From the NCBI GenBank assembly GCA_041671325.1, contig JBAZBR010000001.1:327126-391125 (forward strand): a stretch of DNA of 64,000 nucleotides, written 5' to 3'. This document shows, in pieces, positions 47,940 to 56,603 of this stretch; positions within the stretch are counted from its first letter, which is position 1; every line of letters starts with the position of its first letter. The notes under the pieces were generated by a model, which was not told the DNA's origin, did not search any database, and worked only from the letters and a program-made list of their open reading frames with translations. The DNA is from Patescibacteria group bacterium. Lineage in GTDB: Bacteria; Patescibacteriota; Patescibacteriia; PEXW01. The translations under genes were made by a program, and so were the position numbers.

Positions 47940-48010
47940 TACGGGATTGCGCTACCCTGTCTTGCTTAAAAAATTTTATTTCCATCTAAATTCTATTTAA
48001 TGAATTTAAA

Positions 48011-50719
48011 TTATTGGCCATGGCACCGCTTATATTTTTTTCCACTCTGACAAGGACATGGATCATTCCTACCGATTTTTTTGCTGGCAAACGGGTTAGT
48101 TGAACTTTGGGAAACTTCAGGCATAGCCGTGGAAGTTGAGGAATTATCAATCGCTTCTTTGGCTGGTGCTGAAAGAGTTAAATTCTTCGGCTGGCTTTGG
48201 TTTTGCTCAACAATATTTTGGGAAACGTGGGCTTTGAAAATCGTATGGACTAATTGCGAACGGATAGAATTCAATAATTGGCTGAATAATAAATATGCTT
48301 CTTTTTTATATTCAACCAAGGGATCTCTTTGGCCATAACCCCTTAAGCCAATGCCTTGGCGCAAGTGATCCATTAAATCCAAGTGCTCAATCCACAGCGT
48401 ATCAATAACTCTTAATTCTACGGCTCTTTCAACCAAGCGCATTAAATTTTGACCCGTGTCTTTAGCTTGACGGCCAGTTGGTGACTCACATACATCTTTT
48501 TCTAGTCTGATGTATGCTTCTTCCAATAATTTTTGCAAATGTTCAGTTATGGCATTTCTGGTTGCGGCAGTTGATGTGACAACGTTTGCTTCTTGCCTAA
48601 ATGATTCCAGTTTCAATCTGGATTGAAATGGAATTGAAAAAATTGAATCTACGGATTCATAAATTTCATCGAGATTCCATTGGTCTTCTTTATCGCTGGC
48701 GGTATGGGTAGAAACCAGCTGGTTAATTTCATCCTTCAGAGACTCTAAAATTGTTTGCTTACGGCCTTCTGGATTATTTAAACTATTCAAAGTGGCACGA
48801 CGCCGTGAATATATGACTTCTCGATGCTTATTAATAACGTCGTCATATTCAACTAAGTGTTTTCGGATATCAAAGTTATGGCCTTCAACTTTTTTTTGAG
48901 CGCCTTCAATTGAACGGGAAATCATCTTGTTTTCAATTGGCATGTCTTCTGGCACGCCAAGCCTTTCCATTAAACCTTTGACCCTGTCACCGCCAAAAAT
49001 ACGCATCAAGTCATCCTCTAGTGATAAAAAGAATTGGGAAGAACCAGGATCGCCTTGGCGGCCAGCACGACCGCGTAACTGGTTATCAATTCGCCTGGAC
49101 TCATGCCTTTCTGTGCCTATGACGTGTAAACCGCCTAATTTTTTAACTTTTTCCGCTTCTTCAGCAACATATGGATTCCCGCCTAAGATTATATCCACAC
49201 CCCGACCAGCCATATTAGTAGCAACTGTTACGCCACCTAAGCGACCTGCCTGGGAAATCACGCCTGCTTCTTTTTCGTGGTTTTTTGCGTTTAATAAATT
49301 ATGCGGAATGCCTTCTCGATCCAATAACTGGCTTAACATTTCGTTTTTAGCAATGGAAATCGTGCCAATTAAAATAGGCTGGCCAAGGTCATGCCTAACT
49401 TTGACATCACGGGCAATGGCCTCATATTTACCCATTTCGGTTTTATACACGCTATCTGCAACATCATTCCTGATCATGGATTTATTGGTTGGAATGGTAA
49501 CAACTTCCAGATTATAAATTTTTGAAAATTCCTCAGCTTCGGTAGAGGCTGTGCCAGTCATGCCAGAAAGCTTTTTGTACATGCGGAAATAATTCTGGAA
49601 AGTGATGGTGGCTAAAGTTTGAGATTCCTGTTTTATCTCAACGTGCTCTTTAGCTTCAATGGCTTGATGTAAACCTTCAGAATACCTTCGGCCATGCATC
49701 ATGCGTCCGGTAAATTCGTCTACAATTATCACTTCATTTTCTTTAACCACATAATCCCGATCACGTTTGAATAAAGCATGGGCTTTTAAGGCTTGCTCAA
49801 TGTGGTGGACAATTTCCACTCCGCCCGCTTCATAAATATTCCCGACGCCAAGCCAGCCCTCAATCTTGCTAATCCCCTGTTCGGTTAAAGTTGAAGCCCG
49901 TAATTTTTCATCAATATTATAATCCGGACCTTCTTCAAGCCTTTGGACTAAATCTGCAAAACGGTAATATTGTTCGCTTGGCGTATCCGAAGGGCCGGAA
50001 ATTATCAATGGTGTCCGAGCCTCATCAATTAAAATTGAATCAACTTCATCGACAATGCCATAAACCAAATCTCTCTGGGCTAAATATTGCGGATCGGGAA
50101 CCATATTATCCCGCAAATAATCAAAACCGAATTCATTATTGGTTCCGTAGGTGATGTCTGCCTTATAGGCGCTTGGACGGTCAACTGGCTTAAGGTTTTT
50201 AGTCAATTCATCGCCCTCATAACTTGGGTCATAAATAAATGCTGCTTCATGCTGGATAGTACCCACTGAAAGCCCAAGAAAATGATAAATTTGCCCCATC
50301 CAACGGGTATCACGTTTGGCTAAATAATCATTAACGGTCACCACATGGACGCCCTCGCCAGTAACAGCATTTAGATAAGCTGGCAAGGTGGCTACTAGGG
50401 TTTTTCCCTCACCAGTACGCATTTCTGAGATTTTTCCCTGATGCAAAACAATACCGCCCATCAACTGCACGTCAAAATGCCTTTGGCCCAAAGTCCTTTT
50501 GGCAGCTTCTCTGACTAAGGCAAAAGCTTCAGGCAAGAGCTTGTCCAAGGATTCGCCTTTGGTATAGCGATCGTAAAATTCCTTAGTTTTTTCCGGAAAT
50601 CTGGAGTCTGGGAATTTACTGACCTCGCTTTCAAAAACATTAATTTGCTTAACCAAAGGCTCGAGGTCTTTTACCACCTTATCATTGGGGTTGCCAAAAA
50701 TTGTATTAATTAATCCCAT
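48011..50719 (-). CDS. secA: Preprotein translocase ATPase SecA.
   Basis: DEAD-like motor motifs (MRTGEGKTLVA, DEVDSILIDEARTPLIISG) and C-terminal zinc finger CPCQSGKKYKRCHG. Confidence 0.95.
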   Translation of the reverse strand: MGLINTIFGNPNDKVVKDLEPLVKQINVFESEVSKFPDSRFPEKTKEFYDRYTKGESLDKLLPEAFALVREAAKRTLGQRHFDVQLMGGIVLHQGKISEMRTGEGKTLVATLPAYLNAVTGEGVHVVTVNDYLAKRDTRWMGQIYHFLGLSVGTIQHEAAFIYDPSYEGDELTKNLKPVDRPSAYKADITYGTNNEFGFDYLRDNMVPDPQYLAQRDLVYGIVDEVDSILIDEARTPLIISGPSDTPSEQYYRFADLVQRLEEGPDYNIDEKLRASTLTEQGISKIEGWLGVGNIYEAGGVEIVHHIEQALKAHALFKRDRDYVVKENEVIIVDEFTGRMMHGRRYSEGLHQAIEAKEHVEIKQESQTLATITFQNYFRMYKKLSGMTGTASTEAEEFSKIYNLEVVTIPTNKSMIRNDVADSVYKTEMGKYEAIARDVKVRHDLGQPILIGTISIAKNEMLSQLLDREGIPHNLLNAKNHEKEAGVISQAGRLGGVTVATNMAGRGVDIILGGNPYVAEEAEKVKKLGGLHVIGTERHESRRIDNQLRGRAGRQGDPGSSQFFLSLEDDLMRIFGGDRVKGLMERLGVPEDMPIENKMISRSIEGAQKKVEGHNFDIRKHLVEYDDVINKHREVIYSRRRATLNSLNNPEGRKQTILESLKDEINQLVSTHTASDKEDQWNLDEIYESVDSIFSIPFQSRLKLESFRQEANVVTSTAATRNAITEHLQKLLEEAYIRLEKDVCESPTGRQAKDTGQNLMRLVERAVELRVIDTLWIEHLDLMDHLRQGIGLRGYGQRDPLVEYKKEAYLLFSQLLNSIRSQLVHTIFKAHVSQNIVEQNQSQPKNLTLSAPAKEAIDNSSTSTAMPEVSQSSTNPFASKKIGRNDPCPCQSGKKYKRCHGQ

Positions 50720-50770
50720 AAAGTCAGTCTATCTTATGCTTATTATTGCTAAATGCAAGGCTTAATATTA

Positions 50771-51091
50771 TCACAAGCCATGATGACCGGCTCTTTTTGA
50801 AAGCCATAATTCCTTAGCATCTCGCAATTGCCTTTCCAGCTTTTCCTTGACTAAATCAATAGCTTCGTACATATCATCGGCTTTAACCCCGGCTTTATAA
50901 GTTTTGCCGAGCCATAAAACTGATGCTTCAACTCGGTAGATATCTCCGGAATGCTGATTTCTATCAAAATCCAGCCTGACTTTCATTTCGGTTATTGGTT
51001 GGCGGCTTAACTTGTGCAGTGGATATAATTTTTCTTCAGCATAAGTTTTCAGGCTGGTCGTTAATTTAATATTTTTGGCTGAAATAATCAT
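50771..51091 (-). CDS. hpf: Ribosome hibernation-promoting factor (RaiA/HPF, short form).
   Basis: 106 aa, beta-alpha-beta-beta-beta-alpha pattern, with an N-terminus typical of the family. Confidence 0.75.
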   Translation of the reverse strand: MIISAKNIKLTTSLKTYAEEKLYPLHKLSRQPITEMKVRLDFDRNQHSGDIYRVEASVLWLGKTYKAGVKADDMYEAIDLVKEKLERQLRDAKELWLSKRAGHHGL

Positions 51092-51103
51092 ATTGGTAAA
51101 TTT

Positions 51104-52003
51104 TTAAAAACCTAAATATCTGACTTCTTCTTCTAATTGTATATTGAACTGATCCCGGATTTGCTGTTTTATGTAGCTTATTAATATTACAATATCCTCG
51201 GCAGTGGCATGGCCAGTATTTAAAATAAAATTTCCATGTTCTTCGGATATTTTTGCACCACCGATTTTTTTGCCTTTTAAACCAGCTTCCTCAATTAATT
51301 TACCAGCGACTTTGTCAGTCGGATTTTTGAATATGCAACCTGCGCACCAGGCGCCTTTAGGCTGCCATGATCTTTTTTCCAAAACGGATTTAATTAAAGC
51401 TTGGGATTCAGCGGGATTGCCTATTTGAAGTTTTAAAACTGCGGAAATAATAATTTCATCCGACGCATATTTAAAACGAGTGTAACGGTAAGAAACATCC
51501 AGTTGGTTTCGTTCGTATGAATTTAATACACCATTTTTATCAATGTATTTCAGTTTTTTGACAAATTCGGCAATGCCATGTCCGCTAGTACCGGCATTCC
51601 CAGCCACTGCCCCCCCAAAAGAACCTGGGATGCCTACGGCAAATTCCAAGCCAATTAAATTATAATTCAAAGCCATTTGAATAACTTTTGCTAAGCTAGT
51701 GCCGGCATCAGCCATAAGCATATCCGGTTCAATAAATTCACAAGCCGAAGAATTAAGCTTGATGATCAGGCCATCATAACCCTTGTCCGAAACTAGGATA
51801 TTGCTGCCTCCGCCTAAAGCTGAATAAGGAATTTGGTTTTTTATAGCAATCTTAACGGCTTTTTCAATGAAGACGGGATTATTGGTTTCCAAAAAATAGG
51901 CAGCTGGTCCACCGACTTGGAAGGTGGTATATTTGGCCAAAATTTCGTCTTTCCTTATTTCGGGCAGGGCGTCTAATTCTGGATTTGAAATATTTGTTGA
52001 CAT
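51104..52003 (-). CDS. murB: UDP-N-acetylenolpyruvoylglucosamine reductase MurB.
   Basis: FAD-binding N-terminal domain (TTFQVGGPAAYF) and MurB C-terminal domain. Confidence 0.88.
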   Translation of the reverse strand: MSTNISNPELDALPEIRKDEILAKYTTFQVGGPAAYFLETNNPVFIEKAVKIAIKNQIPYSALGGGSNILVSDKGYDGLIIKLNSSACEFIEPDMLMADAGTSLAKVIQMALNYNLIGLEFAVGIPGSFGGAVAGNAGTSGHGIAEFVKKLKYIDKNGVLNSYERNQLDVSYRYTRFKYASDEIIISAVLKLQIGNPAESQALIKSVLEKRSWQPKGAWCAGCIFKNPTDKVAGKLIEEAGLKGKKIGGAKISEEHGNFILNTGHATAEDIVILISYIKQQIRDQFNIQLEEEVRYLGF

Positions 52004-52076
52004 ATTCTAGTTAATTATTTACACTATAGCGCAATTTAACACAAAAACTAAATTTGCCGTTAGGAGGTGAATAAAG

Positions 52077-53078
52077 TTGCTTTTACAATCTTTTATCCAG
52101 CAAATCTGGTTGTGGACTTGGGAACATCCCTGGATTTTAGTCTTAGTCGGCATACTGATTGGCTTTTTATTCAGTACTATATTTTTGGCGGCCAGAAGTA
52201 AAGCTATCAATCGTTATATCCGGCTGGTTCGAACTTCAACTATTGAGGAATTCGAATCAAGGATTTTTGGCGTAAGGGTTCTTTGCCGTAAAGTTTTCCC
52301 GAGCACTAGAAACCTAAATGCCTTGAATGTCCCTCCGCCAGCTTTAAACTCAGGGAACGCTTCAAATTCAACCGCCCAAATCTTGATTAGCCAGCCAAAC
52401 GAACAGATATACTATCTGCCGAATAAGGCCGGTATTGCTACTGGACTTGCTTTTCCGCCGTTTGTGAAAATCGTGCACGGCAACCCGCCAATTCTGGAAA
52501 TGACCCAGATTTTGCCGGTTGATATCATTCCAGCTCCAGCAAACGGCGTCTGGATCCCCGGCCGCGTTGGTTCCAATAACATCAGTTTAACTATGGAGGG
52601 ATTGCGGACCAAAAAATTCTGGAAAGGCAGCAGGAATTTCTACATCCTGGATTTTTTTGAAAAAAACGACTGTCTTGGTTTTATCCAACCAATTGAGAAA
52701 AAATCCCAGCCAATTCCGGTCCTGGCTCCTGCCAGTGGCTACATCCTCCAGTTCGGTGCTTTGGAACGAACACCGATTGTTGCTGGCGCCAGCGTAATGC
52801 TTGTTGCCAAGTTGGAAACCCACCGAATTTTGTCTGAGAACGTCGGGACTTTCTTCGATTCAGTAGATAGCAAGCTTTACGCTGAACTTGGTAAAACTGT
52901 TCGAGCCGGGGAAATTCTGGGTGTGATTAAATACCTGGGGAAATTAAATCCCCTGGTGCATAAAGTAATTGCGCCTTGCGACTTGATCTTGTTAAGGTCA
53001 TTTGCCCATGCCCAAAACCCGGAAGATGGCGCTCCAGTTGGTTTCAATAGTAAGTTATTTACTTTTCAGGCTCTTTAG
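52077..53078 (+). CDS. Membrane-anchored hypothetical protein, possibly a degenerate LytM (M23-like, non-catalytic) domain protein. GC-rich.
   Basis: N-terminal TM helix. The C-terminal half has the M23-like pattern PVLAPASGYILQFG ... VRAGEILGVIKYLG without the HxxxD/HxH residues. GC is markedly higher than the flanks. Opposite strand to the flanking dcw genes. Confidence 0.55.
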   Translation: MLLQSFIQQIWLWTWEHPWILVLVGILIGFLFSTIFLAARSKAINRYIRLVRTSTIEEFESRIFGVRVLCRKVFPSTRNLNALNVPPPALNSGNASNSTAQILISQPNEQIYYLPNKAGIATGLAFPPFVKIVHGNPPILEMTQILPVDIIPAPANGVWIPGRVGSNNISLTMEGLRTKKFWKGSRNFYILDFFEKNDCLGFIQPIEKKSQPIPVLAPASGYILQFGALERTPIVAGASVMLVAKLETHRILSENVGTFFDSVDSKLYAELGKTVRAGEILGVIKYLGKLNPLVHKVIAPCDLILLRSFAHAQNPEDGAPVGFNSKLFTFQAL

Positions 53079-53090
53079 AAAATCCCCTGC

Positions 53091-54458
53091 TTAACCGTTG
53101 GGGATTTTATTTTTTGCAAAAGAATAAAAATTGGTTATATCACCCGCCCCAACGGTTAAAATAATATCCTTAGGCTTAAGTAATTTTTTTGTAATCTCAA
53201 CTGCATCAGCAATATTTTTTGCGTAATAAGCGTTACTCCCAGCCAAATCAACAATTTCTTGGCTGGATATGTTTAAATTTTCTTCCCGGCCGGCAACTTG
53301 GTAAATTTCAGGGATGATTTTTAAATCAGCTAATTTTAAAACTTGAACAAATTCACGTAAAAATTGCTGTGTCCGAATTTTTTGATGCGGTTGAAAAACG
53401 CAAATTATCCTACGATTAGGAAAGGCTTGCCGGGTAGCCCCTAAAGTCGCCCTTAATTCTGTGGGATGGTGGGCATAATCATCAATCACAATTGCACCTT
53501 GCCATTCGCCTCTTTTTTCAAACCGACGCCAACAGCCAGAAAAATTTTGGATGGCTTTTTTGGCTATTTCAAATTTAATATTCAAAACTTTTGCTACACC
53601 TAAGGCGGCTAATACATTTAAAATATTATGTTGGCCAAAAAGTGAGGTTTGGATGTGGCCGGAGTACAAGCCATTTACATCAAAGGTCAGGCCTTGTTCT
53701 GAGGATATTATATTAGATGCTGTTAAATCTGCACCTAATAAGGCAAAGGTTATCACTTTGGCCTTAGTCGAATTCACTAATTCATTTGAATTCTTATCTG
53801 ATTTATTTAAAATTAAAAATCCATCTTTGGGCAAGCGTCCGGCAAAAGTTTTAAAAACCTGTAAATATTCGCTTTCATTTTTATAAACATCCACATGATC
53901 AAAATCGATATTCAAAATTGCGGCTATGTTGGGCTTATAATCTAAGAAAGCCCTTCTGTATTCATCAGCCTCGACCAAAAATTCCTTGCCTTGGCCAATC
54001 CTTTCATTGGTTCCGTTTAAAATCCTCAAACGCGTACCAACAATAATAGTTGGGTCTTTTCTAGCTTCAATCAAGATTTGGGCTAATAAACCGGTGGTTG
54101 TGGATTTGCCATGTGTACCAGCTATGGCAATGCCGTTTTTGTTCTGCATTAATTCATTAATTGCTTGGGGATATGAAATACAAGGGATATTGCGTTTTTT
54201 GGCGGAAATCAATTCAATATTATTTTCAGGAATTGCGTTGCTATAAATAACTAAATCGCAGCCTTGTCGGAGATTTCCTGCTTTATGTTGTCCAATTTTT
54301 ATATTAGCGCCATGATCTATTAACCATCGCGAAGTCAATTGGATTGATAAATCTGAACCCGTGACTTGCTTATTATTTTCCAAAGCCCATTTGGCAATGG
54401 CCGAAATGCCAATGCCAGATATGCCGATAAAATGTATGTGTTTAGCGGTTAGTAACAT
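53091..54458 (-). CDS. murC: UDP-N-acetylmuramate--L-alanine ligase MurC.
   Basis: HFIGISGIGISAIA and GTHGKSTTT P-loop. Confidence 0.9.
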   Translation of the reverse strand: MLLTAKHIHFIGISGIGISAIAKWALENNKQVTGSDLSIQLTSRWLIDHGANIKIGQHKAGNLRQGCDLVIYSNAIPENNIELISAKKRNIPCISYPQAINELMQNKNGIAIAGTHGKSTTTGLLAQILIEARKDPTIIVGTRLRILNGTNERIGQGKEFLVEADEYRRAFLDYKPNIAAILNIDFDHVDVYKNESEYLQVFKTFAGRLPKDGFLILNKSDKNSNELVNSTKAKVITFALLGADLTASNIISSEQGLTFDVNGLYSGHIQTSLFGQHNILNVLAALGVAKVLNIKFEIAKKAIQNFSGCWRRFEKRGEWQGAIVIDDYAHHPTELRATLGATRQAFPNRRIICVFQPHQKIRTQQFLREFVQVLKLADLKIIPEIYQVAGREENLNISSQEIVDLAGSNAYYAKNIADAVEITKKLLKPKDIILTVGAGDITNFYSFAKNKIPNG

Positions 54459-55509
54459 TGTTCGTTTTAAGGATTAATTCAGCAATTTTATCGGCCCCAT
54501 CAGTTTGCCAGATATTTGCGATATTTCGGCTCAAAATTTCTAATTTTTCTGGGTTTAAGATATTTTCAGCAATTATTTTAGCAAATATTTCAGGCTCCAG
54601 CTTATCCTGGGAAATGACCAAGCCGCCGCAAGCGTGCAAATATTCAGCATTTTTTTCTTGCTGGGTGTTTGGCAAAGGAACTATCAGGGCTGGTTTTTTT
54701 AAAGCTACCAATTCAGCCAAGGCATTGCTTCCCGCTCGTGAAACAATAAAATTAGCCGCTGCATAAAGATCTGGCAATTCATTGTTTGTAAAAGATATAC
54801 TGTGGTAATTTTGTCGATTTTCAGTTGAAACACTTTTGCCTACTCCGGTTATGTGCAAAATTTGAATTTCAGCAGGTAAAAATTTTATACAAGCTACAAA
54901 TTTGTGATTTAAACTTAAAGCACCCGAGCTTCCGCCAATCACTAGCAGGACTGGTTTTTGAGGATTTAAATTATACTTTCTATAAGTATTTTCAGCCCTG
55001 CCAAATAATAATTCTTTCCTGATAGCAAAACCTAAAGTGTCTGATTCGCCTGGAATATTTTTTGCGATTAATCCGGCTGTGGCAATTCTTTTTACGGCAA
55101 TTTTTGAAATGTATTTATTCGCCATGCCAAGTTCTGCGTCTTGTTGGTACATCAAGACTTTCAGGTTCAGCTTTTTAGCCGCCCAGGCAACCGGTACTGC
55201 TACAAAACTTCCTGCTGTTAATATCCAATCCGGTTTCATTATTTTTAACTTTTGATAGACAAAAAAACCTGCATAAATAATCTTAAAAAAATCCATTATA
55301 TTCAAAAACGAAAAATACCTTCGATATTTTCCAGAAGGTATGGGGATCAATTCAAAACCATATTCTTCCACGAATTGTTTTTCAAAAGGATTTTTGCTTC
55401 CCCAAAAAACAATATCAATTGCAGTGTCTTTAATTTTTATAGCAGAAGCAATTGCTAATAGTGGGTTAACCGATCCAAGCGTACCGCCCCCAACCAATAG
55501 AATTTTCAT
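54442..55509 (-). CDS. murG: Undecaprenyl-PP-MurNAc-pentapeptide GlcNAc transferase MurG.
   Basis: MKILLVGGGTLGSVNPLLAIA and GT28 C-terminal domain. Confidence 0.9.
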   Translation of the reverse strand: MKILLVGGGTLGSVNPLLAIASAIKIKDTAIDIVFWGSKNPFEKQFVEEYGFELIPIPSGKYRRYFSFLNIMDFFKIIYAGFFVYQKLKIMKPDWILTAGSFVAVPVAWAAKKLNLKVLMYQQDAELGMANKYISKIAVKRIATAGLIAKNIPGESDTLGFAIRKELLFGRAENTYRKYNLNPQKPVLLVIGGSSGALSLNHKFVACIKFLPAEIQILHITGVGKSVSTENRQNYHSISFTNNELPDLYAAANFIVSRAGSNALAELVALKKPALIVPLPNTQQEKNAEYLHACGGLVISQDKLEPEIFAKIIAENILNPEKLEILSRNIANIWQTDGADKIAELILKTNNVTNR

Positions 55510-56603
55510 GATCGTATTTGCTTAGTGACATTCAATAATACTCCAATGGAGCCAAGTGAAACAATTAAAGCACTGCCGCCATTGGAGATAAAGGGCAAAG
55601 GGATTCCGGTCAACGGCAAAATGCCTGTTAAAGCGCCGATATTAACAAATGCTTGAGCTGTAATCCAAATAACCACTCCCATAATAATTAACCTTCCTCC
55701 TGGATCCGAAATTTTTTTTGCTAGTTTTCTGCCCCTGATATAAATAGCAGTGTATAAAAAAACAATGCCCAAAACGACAATAAAACCCAATTCTTCAGCA
55801 GCTACTGCAAATATTGAATCCCCCGCTGCTTCGGGCAAGTAATTGAATTTTTGGATTGATTTTCCTAAGCCTCTGCCAAACCAACCGCCTGAACCAATAG
55901 CTAAAAGCGAACGATTTATATGATAGCTAGAATCTTGGGAGTCTTGCTGTGGATTCAGAAAAGTAGTCAGTCGTTCGGCTCGATATGGCTCAAATTTTAT
56001 TAATAGCAAGATAACTAAAATTATGCCAACCAAAATCCAAAGCAGATGTTTTACGGGTGCGCCAGCTATAAAATACATTGCCGTGGCAATTATAAAAATT
56101 ATAAGGGTTGTACCCAAATCTCTTTGTAACATAAGCATCAAAGCGCAGCCAGCAATCAGTATTGAGAAAGGTACAAGGGTTTTTTTATAATCACGCCAAT
56201 TATTTTGGATTTTTGGCAGCCAGGCGGCTAAATAAATTATCATGCCGATTTTCAAAACTTCTGAGGGTTGGAAAAAAAAGCCCCCGATACTTATCCAGCG
56301 CTTTGCACCCAGGAGTTCTTTCCCAATTCCAGGTACGAAAGGCAAAAATAAAATTAAAATTGATAGTATCAATAAAATGTTTGACCATTTAATCCAATGA
56401 CGATAATCAATCATTTGGGCAAAATACAAAATAGCAAAACCAATTATTAAAGGCAGTATCTGCTTAATTAACATGCTATTAGGGTCTCCAAGGGTTCGAA
56501 ATGATTCAGCCGTACTGGCAGAAGAAAAAATTATCACTCCAATTACGCAAAGAGTGATAATTATGGCTAAAAAAATTGAATCTGGCCTTCGGTATGAAAT
56601 CAT
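55506..56603 (-). CDS. ftsW: SEDS family peptidoglycan polymerase (FtsW/RodA).
   Basis: 365 aa with 10 TM helices, in the dcw position between murD and murG. Confidence 0.85.
   Translation of the reverse strand: MISYRRPDSIFLAIIITLCVIGVIIFSSASTAESFRTLGDPNSMLIKQILPLIIGFAILYFAQMIDYRHWIKWSNILLILSILILFLPFVPGIGKELLGAKRWISIGGFFFQPSEVLKIGMIIYLAAWLPKIQNNWRDYKKTLVPFSILIAGCALMLMLQRDLGTTLIIFIIATAMYFIAGAPVKHLLWILVGIILVILLLIKFEPYRAERLTTFLNPQQDSQDSSYHINRSLLAIGSGGWFGRGLGKSIQKFNYLPEAAGDSIFAVAAEELGFIVVLGIVFLYTAIYIRGRKLAKKISDPGGRLIIMGVVIWITAQAFVNIGALTGILPLTGIPLPFISNGGSALIVSLGSIGVLLNVTKQIRS

Noticed and set aside
48927-49517. 196-aa Pro/Ser-rich ORF antisense within secA, and similar antisense ORFs inside other core genes (42320-42721 and 42731-42940 in secD, 8660-9001 in rseP, 10071-10355 in mreB).
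   Set aside because: These are classic shadow ORFs on the opposite strand of highly conserved genes. There are no independent signals.
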